Shown: positions 12,663 through 30,654 of the stretch, piece by piece
Layout: every line of letters begins with the position of its first letter
Numbering within the stretch: the first letter of the stretch is position 1
Assembly: GCF_006345805.1 (NCBI RefSeq)
Contig: NC_043005.1
Location: 93,248,001-93,312,000 of the forward strand
DNA from: Octopus sinensis
Taxonomy: Eukaryota
Reading direction: 5' to 3'
DNA: 64,000 nucleotides
Notes under the pieces: generated by a model
What the model was told of the DNA's origin: nothing
Seen by the model: only the letters and a program-made list of their open reading frames with translations
Database searches by the model: none
Position numbers and translations under genes: made by a program

Positions 12663-12796
12663 GTTTTGGTCATCTTACACGTGAACTGATGTCTCTGGCT
12701 GGAGGAAAGGTGGTGCTAGTTTTGGAAGGTGGCTATGACCTCCCTTGTATCTGTGATGCTTCAGAGAAGTGTGTGTCTGCACTTCTTGGTGATGAG
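12663..12796 (+). CDS. HDAC4: Class IIa HDAC exon ([44 protein letters not shown])
   Basis: Acceptor ttttgtag|, donor GAG|gtgggt, 134 nt (2+44 codons). LEGGY motif with Tyr codon TAT at 12734-12736. Confidence 0.97.
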
Positions 12797-14309
12797 GTGG
12801 GTCATTTTCTTCTTTACTGATGATTGCTATAACTATTCTGAAGAAAATCTTTGTCAAATATACCAAAACATTGGTATCCTATACAGAGTAATTAAGATAC
12901 AATTAAAATGTAGTACTAAGATGTGAGATATTTAAATAATTTATGGGAATATTTACTATCAAATTAAACTGTTGTACAACATTTTCCCTGTTACATGTTA
13001 TTAATATGGTGTACTGAACTGTTTTTCACTGATGTAGGGTACTAAGTATACTGAACGCCTGCTGGTAAACTCAACACCTTTGTTGTGCCATTTACTCCCA
13101 ACTTCACACAGCATTTATACTCCCAATATAACCCCTCTATCAACTCTTTCCCTTCCTCCCCGATTCTTTCTTTCTTACCATTACATACACACAGTTGTTA
13201 AGTCCAAAAACTTCCCAGTTACTGGCCAGCAACAACACTTTTCAGTTGTTACACAACTTGCTAAAAATAGCAACCAAATCTCCTTCAGTTCATAACCAAC
13301 TGAAAAGGGAGAATATATTGAACACAATGCCCAAGACAAGGGTAGTCTGGTCATGACTGGACTGCCATAAGTCTGCTGGATTGGGCCTGACCCAGGTCTA
13401 AACTTTAACCCAACAAACCTGTCTGTATTCTCTATTATGACTTATCCCAGCTTATTGAAAACGTACTGCAGAATGTTTCGTTTTCAAAAAGAAACATTTT
13501 CTCTGACCCTGCCAATATTTCACTGCTGTGCCTCTCCATCTGTCAACACCAAGCATAAAGCTGCCTACTACCACCCTTATCTCAAATATATACCCACTCA
13601 ATCAAGGTGCTCTTTTCCTGATTTGCAAGTTACATGGCAACCTCTCAAGTGCTGGTGGCAGAAAAGAAAAGAAAAAAAAAGCATCCAGTCCACTCTGTAA
13701 AGAAGCTGGCATTAGGAAGAGCATCCAGCCATAGAATTATGCCAAATCTGACATTAGAGCCTGGTGCAGCTGTTTCAGATCCTGTCAAACTACCCAACCG
13801 ATTCTAGGATAGGAAATGGACATCAAAATGGACATCAGACATCTAAAAGACATAGAAAACAGTGTTATCTTCTCTTTTCTCTAACTGCCAAGCCACATGT
13901 GCTACATTAACATTCCCATGTCATTTGAGTGATTTCACATTCTTGAGAACCTCAGATAAACTATTGATGATTACCATTGAAATCAGCAAAACTTTCGACT
14001 GTATCTGGTGATAGAAATGCCCCCTCCCCCCTCACAAAGTCTATCTGTCTGCATTTATAAAATAAAAACCACTAATTTCTCATTAATTTCTGATAAAATG
14101 CATCAATACATTTCTTTTAGACTCCCATTCTATCAACTTCAGTGTACCTGGTCAGGTCTCCTTGATATTGAGATTTTCATTGTTAACTATACTTGCATCA
14201 ATAAACTACATCCAACCCATGCAAGTATGGAAAAGGGGTTAAATAAAGGGCTGCCAAGGAGTCTATTCATGGAGTACAGCTTCTGAAGTAAATTGCTGTC
14301 TTTTGAATT

Positions 14310-14882
14310 CATCATCATCATTTAGTGTCTGTTGTCCATGCTGGCATGGGGTGGACGGTTTGGCCAGGGTTAGTAAATGAGGGGCTGAACCAGACACCAG
14401 TCTGATTTGGCATGGTTTCTACAGCTGGATGCCCTTCCTAACGCCAACCACTCCAGGAGTGTAATGGGTGCTTTTACGGGCCACTGGTACGGGTGCCATT
14501 TGCATGACACCAGTCTCTGCCATGACTAACAATTTCGCTCGGTTTGATGGGTCTTCTTCTCAAGGGTTTCTGTCATTTGTCATTGCCTCCATGAGGCCTA
14601 ACACTCAGAAGCTGCTTTTTACATGCCATTAGCATGGATGCTAATTACACAACACTTGCATCAGCCGCATTGCCTCAGAAATAGTACTTTCAATCTGCCA
14701 CCAGCACAGGTGCCAGTTACATGACACCAGCACCAGCCACGACTACAATTTCACTTTGTTTGACAGGTCTTCTTCTCTAGCACAGCATATTACCAAAGAC
14801 CTCGATCACTAATCCTTTCCTCCGTGAGGCCCAGTGTTTGGAGATCATGATTCACCACCTTGTCCCATGTCTTCCTGAATCC
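14310..14882 (-). mobile_element. Degenerate RTE-LINE 3' end
   Basis: catcatcat tail, ggatgcccttcctaacgccaacc motif and caccaccttgtcccatgtcttcc (RT C-terminus), homologous to 3910-4860. Confidence 0.8.
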
Positions 14883-14945
14883 ATTTGTTGTATTTAATGT
14901 GTTTCAAGATAACAACAAGTGAAGAATTTTCTTTTTCTCTTCTAG

Positions 14946-15030
14946 CTAATACCTATCCGAGAAGAAGAATTGTGCCGGTCATGCTGCAAACCAGCTATTG
15001 AGACTTATGAAGGAACTCTCAACATACAAG
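14946..15030 (+). CDS. HDAC4: Class IIa HDAC exon (LIPIREEELCRSCCKPAIETYEGTLNIQ)
   Basis: Acceptor ttctcttctag|, donor AAG|gtatcc, 85 nt. Phases bridge the flanking exons; position equivalent to HDAC4 LDPLPEKVLQQRPNANAV... Confidence 0.88.
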
Positions 15031-16028
15031 GTATCCACTTAATTTCTGTCCACTTCCTTTTTTATTGTTGTCTTGGAAACAAAGAATAACAAAGATTGAA
15101 GAAGTTCATATTTTACTCTAGGCATTGCTTTTGTGAATCTAGAAAAACCTCAAAATTCTTCTTTTGTAAAGTTTCACACCTGAATAGGAAATTCTTTAAT
15201 TATTTCAGTTACAGATCAAGCAGATGCATTCTAGAACAGCTGTCAACTCTTAACCATTCTGTGACTAAATTTCTTGCAATACTGTCTTTGTCTCAGTTAA
15301 TTGTTTTTTTTTAAATAAAGAAGAATTTAATGAAATAACTGTCATTAATTAAGCTGGTGTTTGGAACCTTTCATCAACATTTCATACAAATTTATATTCC
15401 AGACATCAGCTTAATAATGGCAGTTATTTTACTAAATTCATTTTCAAAATTAATTGAAACACAAAGCCGTCTTTTGACAGAAATATGATAAAGAAAGAGT
15501 TAAGCAGAAATTGAATTGAAACTATGAAATGTGTTGGAAATATGTCCTCTACTTTGATACTCTGAGTGTGAACCAAATAGTGGCATACAAAATCAAAAGA
15601 TATATAAGAAGTCTGGTGGGAAAGTGTAAAACAGCTGCAATAAGACCTAGAAAATGGGTACAAGGCCTTCAACATAGGGGTGGGGGAATTGGTTAGTCAA
15701 TACAGTTGACTCTGGTGTTGAACCCAAAAGGATGAAAGGCAAAGTTAACTTTGGAGTATATGAAACCTGAGTGTTCAGAACTGAAAGAAATACCATAAGG
15801 CATTTTGTCCAGTGTTCTATAAGAAATTTACTGAAAAAAATGAAAAACTTTCATTCTAAATTGCTGCATCAACTGTATTTAGGCATCTCTCTCTCTCTCT
15901 CACACACACACTATTTTACATTTCTTAGTTCAATATTTTTATCTTGTTACACTCTGTATTGTAATGTTTATCTTGGTGTATACTCTGTGGCATTACTTGG
16001 TTGTGCTGCCTGTTATAAAGTTTATGTG

Positions 16029-16060
<32 letters not shown>

Positions 16061-16118
16061 GTACGTTCACTCCTGTCACCCTTCGTTTCATTGTATCTCA
16101 TCCACTCTCCTTTCACAG

Positions 16119-16254
16119 CAACTCACTGGCCTTGTTTAAAACGTTATCAATCCACCATCAGCTACTCTTTATTGGAGGCTCAAAGAAGAGAAATAGAAGA
16201 AGCTGATACTGTTTCTGCTTTAGCTTCCTTGTCCATGGTTACTGCAAAAAGAAG
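16119..16254 (+). CDS. HDAC4: Class IIa HDAC exon with NES-like segment (THWPCLKRYQSTISYSLLEAQRREIEEADTVSALASLSMVTAKR)
   Basis: Acceptor tttcacag|, donor AAG|gtaagt, 136 nt. Matches HDAC4 SLIEAQ...EEAETVTAMASLSV. Confidence 0.96.
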
Positions 16255-16611
16255 GTAAGTTCTTTACTCAAAACAAAGTGAATAGGATTTTGGGTTTTAA
16301 CGGATTAATAGCCTGGCTAGAGATTATTATCACCTCTGTCCTTGGAATCTGCATCAAGTTATAATGAGTTCTATTTCATTAACTTTACCTTTACTCAGAG
16401 TTATCTTGTTGCTGTATTGAAACAAGGAATATGGTAAAATAATATGACTGTCATATTAAGCTACTGTTTGGAACATAAATTGGCACAAAATTTTGATTTA
16501 GATCACTTTAAAATGGAAGTTTGTAACCTAGAACCAGTGCCAGTTTTGGGCAGTTTGGTATCAAAAGGGCTAAAGTTGAGTGGTTGGTATTGCAAAGAGT
16601 AACTAGTCATC

Positions 16612-16856
16612 AAGAACATTATTTACATTTGACGGATATTTGTCCTCATCTTATTTGTTGTTAACACAATGTTTCTGCTGATATACCCTCCAGCCTTCAT
16701 CAGGTGTCTTGGGGAAATTTCAAACCTGGGTTCTCATTCCTAAGATATTTTTCGATATTATTATTATTATTATTATTATTCAGGTCACTGCCTGGAATCA
16801 AACTCAGAATCCTAGGGTTAGTAGCCCTCAGCCTTAACCACTATGCCATATACCCG
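16612..16856 (-). mobile_element. tRNA-headed SINE-like element carrying a hammerhead motif
   Basis: Minus strand: A box TGGCATAGTGG (16838-16848), B-box-like GAGTTTGATTCC (16794-16805), (AAT)n spacer, then an HHR at 16663-16708. Confidence 0.75.
16663..16708 (-). ncRNA. Minimal type I hammerhead motif (two lesions)
   Basis: GACAC-CTGATGA-A-GGCTG(gagggtatat)CAGCA-GAAAC-ATT-GTGTT. Helix I GACAC/GTGTT; helix II with a terminal G.A mismatch. Confidence 0.72.
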
Positions 16857-16875
16857 GCCATAAGGCCTAGTGGTT

Positions 16876-17104
16876 AAGAAGAATTTTAAAATAATGGTGG
16901 TTAGGTGCTGCTAACTGCATACATTATGATCCACTGGATATAGACATTGTTTATCTTCAGCATCTGGCCACTAGCTGTGCACATCAAGAAGTGTCAGGCT
17001 TGGCCTTGAAGTGTTTTTTTGCCAATCAACCTGACATCAAGCGTCCATGGTTGTTTATCATCTGTTGTCTCTTTGTCAGCAGACACATGGCAACAGACAC
17101 TTGT
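16876..17104 (+). repeat. Direct duplicate of the HDAC stop codon and proximal 3'UTR (source 17853-18080)
   Basis: 229 vs 228 nt, differing only by two C>T changes and one extra T. Confidence 0.97.
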
Positions 17105-17287
17105 AAAGTAGCACAGGTGGTGCAGGTGGCTCAAAAAAAAAAAGCCCCCAGTCTATGTTGTAAAGGGGTTGGTGTTAGGAAGGGCATCCAGCTGTAGAAA
17201 CCCTACTAAAAACAGACAGACAGAGGAGCACAATGCAGTCCAACCCATACCAGCATGGAACATTGACAGTAACTGATAATGATGATC
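17105..17287 (+). mobile_element. RTE-LINE/SINE 3' tail fused to the duplicated UTR
   Basis: ggtgttaggaagggcatccagctgtagaaa...ccagcatggaac...tgataatgatgat. Confidence 0.75.
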
Positions 17288-17808
17288 TCCAATATAAAAT
17301 GAGTAAGAGCTTTAAGATATTCAAATCTAACGCCATTAGAAAGCTAATATATAAAATGGCACTGGGGTGGTTGCGGGGGGGAGGAGTATTGATTGAAAGT
17401 ATTCATCGTCCACTTTTCCTTGCTTGCATGGGTCAGATGGAATTTGTTAGAATAGATTTTCTACAGCCAGATGCCCTTCCTGTCATTAACCCTCACCTAT
17501 TTCCAAGCAACGGTAATATTACTCCCCACCCCCCACAGGGCCAGACATGTTCACAAAGACTATTAGCAGCAAAGGACACTGCTTGCATGACAGTGACAAG
17601 AAGGGACAAACAGGTGGGGGAGAAGGTATAGAGATAACAAGAGAAATTGTTGAGTAAGAAGTGAAAGCACATGTGTGGGTTGGTGATTGAATGATGTTTT
17701 TGAGATGCAGCCTCGACTGGTTGTGTATGTATATAATGTATTAAACAATTAAGCAATGGTTTTTCATTCCCATTTGAATAAAAAATTGATTTTTTCTTTT
17801 CTTTGTAG

Positions 17809-17866
17809 TGGATCTTCAGCAATGTCAGAACCAGAATCCGCTGAGCCAATGGAAGAAGAATCTTAA
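17809..17866 (+). CDS. HDAC4: Class IIa HDAC terminal coding exon (SGSSAMSEPESAEPMEEES*)
   Basis: Acceptor ttttctttgtag|, phase 2 completes AG|T, stop TAA at 17864-17866. EPMEEE matches the HDAC4 C-terminus. Confidence 0.93.
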
Positions 17867-18615
17867 AATAACGGTGGTTAGGTGCTGCTAACTGCATACA
17901 TTATGATCCACTGGATATAGACATTGTTTATCTTCAGCATCTGGCCACTAGCTGTGCACATCAAGAAGTGTCAGGCTTGGCCTTGAAGTGTTTTTTGCCA
18001 ATCAACCTGACATCAAGCGTCCATGGTTGTTTATCATCTGTTGTCTCTTTGTCAGCAGACACATGGCAACAGACACTTGTGTTCAATTCTGAGGTAACAG
18101 GAATCCTTACCTCTACCCTCCTTTTTCATCACCACACACTATGAATTATTGTTATTTTTTTTTTCTACCTTCTCTCTACAATACCTACTCTGCTACCAAA
18201 CCTCCGAAACGATGACTGTTACACAATATATGGCAACTGTTCAGCTCCACCGATCATAAATGCCAACAGCTTCTCTCTTTTCAGGCAACTTGTATTTCCT
18301 CTTATCCCTCTCACATATACACCATGTAAAGTTTGGACTTTTACTTCTCTACAAGTCAAGAAATGTTGGCATTTCATGGACCGGGGTTTTTTTTTTTCTT
18401 TTTATTCTTTTCTCTTCCTCCAGTCCTTTATTCCGGAAGCAGTGTGTCTGAAGAGAATATCTTTCTTGCCTCTTCTTCAAATCACACTCTTTACTGCTCC
18501 ATATATTGTGGTCCTCTTTATGGATCCAACTCAAAGGCGCTACATTATCATGCGAGTATTTGAAAAAAAAAAGTTAACAAAAAAAGACAAACAAAAAAAT
18601 TGACATTTCAAACAG

Positions 18616-18638
18616 AATAAAATTAAATGATAAATAAA
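18616..18638 (+). promoter_or_regulatory. Candidate polyadenylation signals of the HDAC 3'UTR (AATAAA x2)
   Basis: AATAAA at 18616-18621 and 18633-18638, with a GT/T-rich tract near 18781. The true 3' end cannot be determined from sequence alone. Confidence 0.3.
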
Positions 18639-21600
18639 AAATTAAGTAAGAAAAGAAAAAAACGAAATGATACTAATTTACATATTACAGGGGGAAAGAA
18701 AAGAAAAGAATCACGAACTTTACAATTAGCAGAAGATTTTTATAAACTATTTTCTTATCTGTGATGCTCATGTGTTGGCTAGTTGTTGTTTTTGTTGTTT
18801 TTGTTGTTGTTGTTGTTGTTAGGCTTCAATTGACTGCAAGGCAAAACTTGGACAGAAAGTTGTGTTGGCTGGCTTAGACAACTCATTCTTCAATGTTTTG
18901 TTACTACTACCACCATTATTACTATTATTATCATTATCATTATTATTATTGCTATTGTTGTGGCAGGTACTGTGGTGTGGCAGTAAGTATTTGGCAAACC
19001 AAATATTCTTGCTGGTTTCAATTCCCACCAGGAACTGCTTTATTGCCATTGCTAATGCCCTTGGGAAAGATATGAATGTAGCAATTTCCAGTTACCCTCC
19101 CCTAAATTCTCAAACTTTGTGCCTAAGAAGTTTTATTATTATTATTACAACAACAACAACAAGTTATAGGCAAGCTGATGATTGATTCCTGTTGGAAGCA
19201 CTAAGTTTCCTGATGCTTTTCCTGAAGGCATAAACATCAAAACTTCTCTTTGAGTCTGAGATTGCAAGCCTATTTATGAGGAATAACAATTATTGTTGTT
19301 GTTATTATTATCATTATTATTGCTTTTCTGATATTATTTTCAGAGAGCTTCGCTGACCCCTTTCTGTGAATAGGGATTCAATTCCTGTACCACTATTCAG
19401 TGAACTAATCTTCTCACCGTTTCCCCCACCCAGCTCCTCTCCATTGGCCACCACCAACACACCATTGCCACCACTTCTTCTTCCCATGGACGTCTTGTCC
19501 TTTTTGCTTTTTGTAATTATAGTTATTATGTCTGTGGAATGAGGCTTTTTACTTTTCTATATTTTTCTTTATTCTTTTTTGTCTTTTTTTTTTTACCTTT
19601 TATTTTCTGTTAGATTTAAAGAAAAAAAGTACTGGAAATCAAGCATTAGTCATCTTGTTGCTGTATGTTTACATCTTCAATCCCTTTCTCTGCATCCTCC
19701 CTTTTTTTCTTAGCCTTTCCTGTCTACAGTGTGCGTATGCGTGAGAGAGAGAGAGAGAATGTCGGCTGTGTAACTTTCTCTGCGTATGCATGTAAGGCAT
19801 CCATCCAAACATTTCATTTACTGTTGACTCTTTCAACCTTTGTTTGCATGACTTGGTCACATTTGTCTGTGTATGCAGATGTGAATATGTAGATATATAT
19901 ATATATACACACACACACATAGATATATGTACATAAATATACACATGTATACATATACATGCATATGTACACACGTAAATGTATGTTTGAATATGTGTAT
20001 GTTTAGCTATTTCTGTGTATGTCCGACCTTTAAAGTATTTTCATTTTCTCTTTTTTTTTTAAGTGCTTTGTTTCACTTGTTTTTGTTTTGTTTTTAATTC
20101 TCTGAAGCATTGCCTCTGCTAAGTAACATGGTCATTTACAGTTGCCCTTGGATACCAGTTTGTTTGTTATAACCTGCAGATACAATGGTAAATACTGTTT
20201 TATGCTAAGAACAAATGTAACTTGACTGCTGGCAACTCTTAATGGATTTTGTTTGCCTTTTTCATTCTATATGGCCATATTCTTGTGTGTGTGTTAGAGA
20301 GAGAGAGCTCTTGGCTAATCCAGAACTGAATCAGTCACTGGAAGTGTTTGCTGCACATGGTGCAACAGTCATTTGTCTGTTATATGTGCAAACATTGTGC
20401 ATGCAATTAAGTGGAAGCATGTATATGCAGCTCTGTGTATATGCTTGTATACATGCACCTCCATAAGGGCAGTTTCATAACACTGTGCAGAAGTATGAAT
20501 TTCTTTTCAACAAAACAAAAGTTGTAGAAGACACAAAAAAGAGCTTCTGTGTGTGTGTGTGTGCAGAAACATCTGTGATCAGTATCGGTTATCACAGTAA
20601 AATAGAGACAGTATGTAATTCAGTAGCCCTGTCATTGGGATCCACTCACATCTATTAGTGTTCTGTATCTTACTTACTGACCACAATCCACCACATCAAG
20701 TACTTTGAGCCATTCGGTGATTTTGATGCCCTTTGGCTGGCCAAAATAGGTTTCTTTGTTCATTGCTTCTACAAACTTTGTGCCTATTGCTTCCTCATTG
20801 AATTTGCGTGTTTTCTGTGGAGGATGGAGGCCTTCATAATTTCTATCTTGTCTTTTTCTTTCATATTTACACAGCATATATATATATATATATCACACAC
20901 TTTTTTTTAAATTTTAACTTGCAAAATAATTATCATCCATAAAGCTCTTGGGTGTCATTTTATCCTTCTCATTTGCTGAAGATTAAAAAATATTTCAAAA
21001 AAGTGCTTATATATATATATATATACACATACATACATACATACACATACATACATACATACATACATACATATGTATGTATATATATATATATATAATA
21101 TATATATATATACATACTGTGTATGTAATGTGTGTGTGTATGTATACTAGGTGAAAATAATTCTTTTGTTAATGACTTTTCATTTCTTTACAACATTTCT
21201 TTACAACATTCAGATAACATTTTTCTATATAATGAACCCTCCATCTTATCTTCAATATCAGCTGACATATTTTTTCTACAGATCTTTTCTTTCCAAGTCC
21301 CTCTCAGTGTGTGCCACATGTAAATGTCTCCAGTCTGTCTGAGGTAATAATTCTTTGTGCTTAATTTTTTTCCCCCTCCTCACTGTGACTCGGAATTTTG
21401 CTTCAACTGACTTCTGCTTACGAATTACTTCATGTTATCACTGTCCTGCTTATTCTTGTTACAGTTCTACAGTGGCCCATGCAATATACTTTTTAAGCTA
21501 ACAACTAATGTGTCCACATACCAACCAAATGCTATCATGAAATATTAGTCTGAAAATTAACAAGCAAAAAAAGACAAACACTTTCCAGTACAACCAACTG

Positions 21601-21957
21601 ATGTTGTTGTTGTTGTTGTTCTATTGTATGGGTGCTTTAAGTTAGTGTCACCACTTCACATAATAATCTGCTTGTCACTGAGTTTTTCTATGTGAACAAG
21701 TCAGCTGTATTTGTCAAATTCTTTTATTTTTCAACCTAATCTACATCGCAGAGAAAAGAAATGGAGCTGCTCAGATTTGTCAGCGTTAAGTGATGCCGGA
21801 CATTTATTCTTTATTAAAATTTTACCATTTAAAAGTATTTCACTGTTGGAGTTACTTCGGCACCACTTACCATGCAGCCAAATTAGGAAATGGTAAACCT
21901 TAATAATAACATTACCATTTGAGTTGATATCTACATTGAAACAGAAGTACCACCAGT

Positions 21958-27950
<5,993 letters not shown>

Positions 27951-30600
27951 GTTGCAAAGTCATTTGTTTCGTTGTACCTGGCATGGCAACACTAGCAGTG
28001 GTGCATTGACGATGATTGCTGTTCCAGCTATCTTGATGTGTGCAAGTTGTTGTTGCAGTTGAATTTCTTTGTGATTCAATAAGAAAACATCTTCAACATG
28101 AATTCTACAGTTGCACTTTTGCATTACATTTACATATGTATAAAATGCTTGCTCTGATTGTAAACATGTTAAACATGCTGGAAACTGAAGTAATGGTTTA
28201 GGGGTCATCAGGCCCCTGGAGGTAAGCAGGTGGGTGTTTTAGTGGTGATTAGAGTGAAAAAAGGAAAGAGGTTTAGGGTTGAACTGGTTCTCAAAAACGG
28301 TTTTTGAGAGGTGCACTCATGCTGATGCTGTTATTGTACACACCACATATGGTTGGTGTTTTTCTTTTGCAGTGCTGTTGCCTGGCGATCTGGTTAACAT
28401 TCTAGTCAAAAAAAATGGAGATGTTGGTCACTCCACTTCCAAACAGAACTTGCATTGCCATCTTCCTCCAGCATACATGGGATTGGGCCTGCTGCAGCGA
28501 TAGTATTGTTTCTGTGAACTATTGCAAAATAGATCATTCAACATCTCACCTTTTCTTCAAGTCTTGCTTTAATTATATATAATATCTATCTCTCACTCTC
28601 TATATATATATATTTTTAAAACTTTCTTCATTTTTTTCTTGTTCTTATCCTTTTTCCTTTCATCTCCAAAGAGTGTATTTGCTGAGAGTATGACAGGTTG
28701 TGTGTATGGTGCATTCAGATGCAGTGATAACAAGCAGACTTGAGAATTGGTTGAGAGTTTTGATCTTAAAAGAAATTGCAGGAATCTCCTGCCAAGTATT
28801 AACTGTCTCTTCTTGCGGAGGAAAACAAAACAGAAAAAAAATATAAAACAATTACAATGTTTAAAGAGAATTGATGGTGACCCCCTTTATGCTTAAAATC
28901 ACTTCATTCAACATTAAAGTCTTTTTTCTTTTTTTTTTTCAAACTTTCTACTATATTATTTTTCTCTACACCCATAAATATAATTTTAATAATTGATGGG
29001 AAGCAAAATTTCCTACTATAAGGCTACTGGACCTTTTTTTTTTCTGTGCCATCCAAACCTTACACTTGCATCATGCTGCTCTCTCCCACTTTTTTTTTTT
29101 TTTTTCTGTGTGGCTTTGTAAATTTCTATAATGCTTGGCTACATATCAGGGGTGTGTAATAAGTATGTTTGTGTGTATGTTTATATGTTCACAGGTCTTT
29201 TACCTTTGATTCCAGATCAATATGAAAAGAAGTCTATCTCAGATTATTTTGTAAGCACACACATTTTTTACTCGCATTACACAGTAAAATTAAACAAAAC
29301 ATAAGGCAAAAATTATCAGTGTTAGAAATTAAAGGTATTTCTTGTTGATAAATCTTTGATTAATGATGTTGTCTTCTCAAAATCATGGAACAATTTGCTA
29401 AAATAATGTTTCTATGAGATAGCAATTGTTTATTTGTTACAAGTCAATCATTGGAAAACAGGTTTCAGCCTTGAAATTTAAGCACTGACTTAATCTTCAG
29501 TTATGTAAAATACGTTTTGAAAGTTAGTATTGGTTCCTGCGTGAATGCATACGTAAAAACCATATACATACACACACAAATAAATAAATATAAGGAAAAG
29601 TTTGACTGTAACTTCAAAGTTTTAGTTTGCTTGTCTTTGTCAGACTATTTAACAAAGGTAAGCAAGGTAAACTTTAATAAACCTGTCCTCTACTTTAAAA
29701 GTATTGAGTAATTCCTCATTTTTATGTTAGATTACTTTTATCTATAGCCTGACATGAAAACACACTAAGATATATACACACACATACATTTTATCAACCC
29801 CTTATTGCAATGCATATGACCATCAGAAACCACCAAAACATAAAGGCCAAGTGTTATCTACTAGCATTTAACATTTACACATTAATCTCATCTTGTGGTT
29901 GTCCATTCATGAATGCACATCATTGCAACCCAGTCATAATTCTCTTCTTTACCAATATGATCCAACTGCCACATTATGTTCCCCAGCTCAACTAGACATT
30001 GCTTGTTATATAGTAGATACTTTGTGGTCCCAAAAACACATCCATCAAACTGGGTCTATGGGTTGCTGGTTGCCTCTAAATATTCTGTAGTTCATAAATA
30101 CGCAAGGTGATTGAGACATTCTTACATTATCAAATCAACTGCTACAAAAGCTCAACGCTCTCCTCATACTTTAAATATTTCCAATATACCTATCTGTCTG
30201 TCTGTCTATCTAATAGATATAACATATAAAAATTGGTATTCTCTTTTAGATTTACTCTTCCAATCCTTCACAAATGTATTTCTATTATAATAATTCTTAC
30301 ACTTGTTTAAGGATTTCCAGATCTATAACTCTTTAAGGCTGTTTCTTTCTTTGTATCTCCACAAATATATATATATATACATCATTCAGTCAGTTAGAAT
30401 CTTTAGGTTGGAAAATTATCTGAACTTAACAAATCCTTGCTTTCATCTTTCATCCACATTTCCCCAACAGCCCTCCTGCAATTCCACTTTGGCCTTTAAC
30501 ACACACACACACACACACACACCCCTCTGTGTTTTGCCAAACTTTTTTCATATGTCATTTCACTCAATTCACTTTTCCTTGTTAATGTAAAAAAAAAAAT

Positions 30601-30654
<54 letters not shown>

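Noticed and set aside
19367-19399. Small hairpin TGAATAG...CTATTCA in the putative 3'UTR
   Set aside because: A 7-bp stem is too short and matches no known element class.
28373-28503. Strong + strand acceptor followed by a 43-codon frame (LLPGDLVNILVKK...)
   Set aside because: No donor, no recognisable homology, and the phase does not fit the penultimate HDAC exon.
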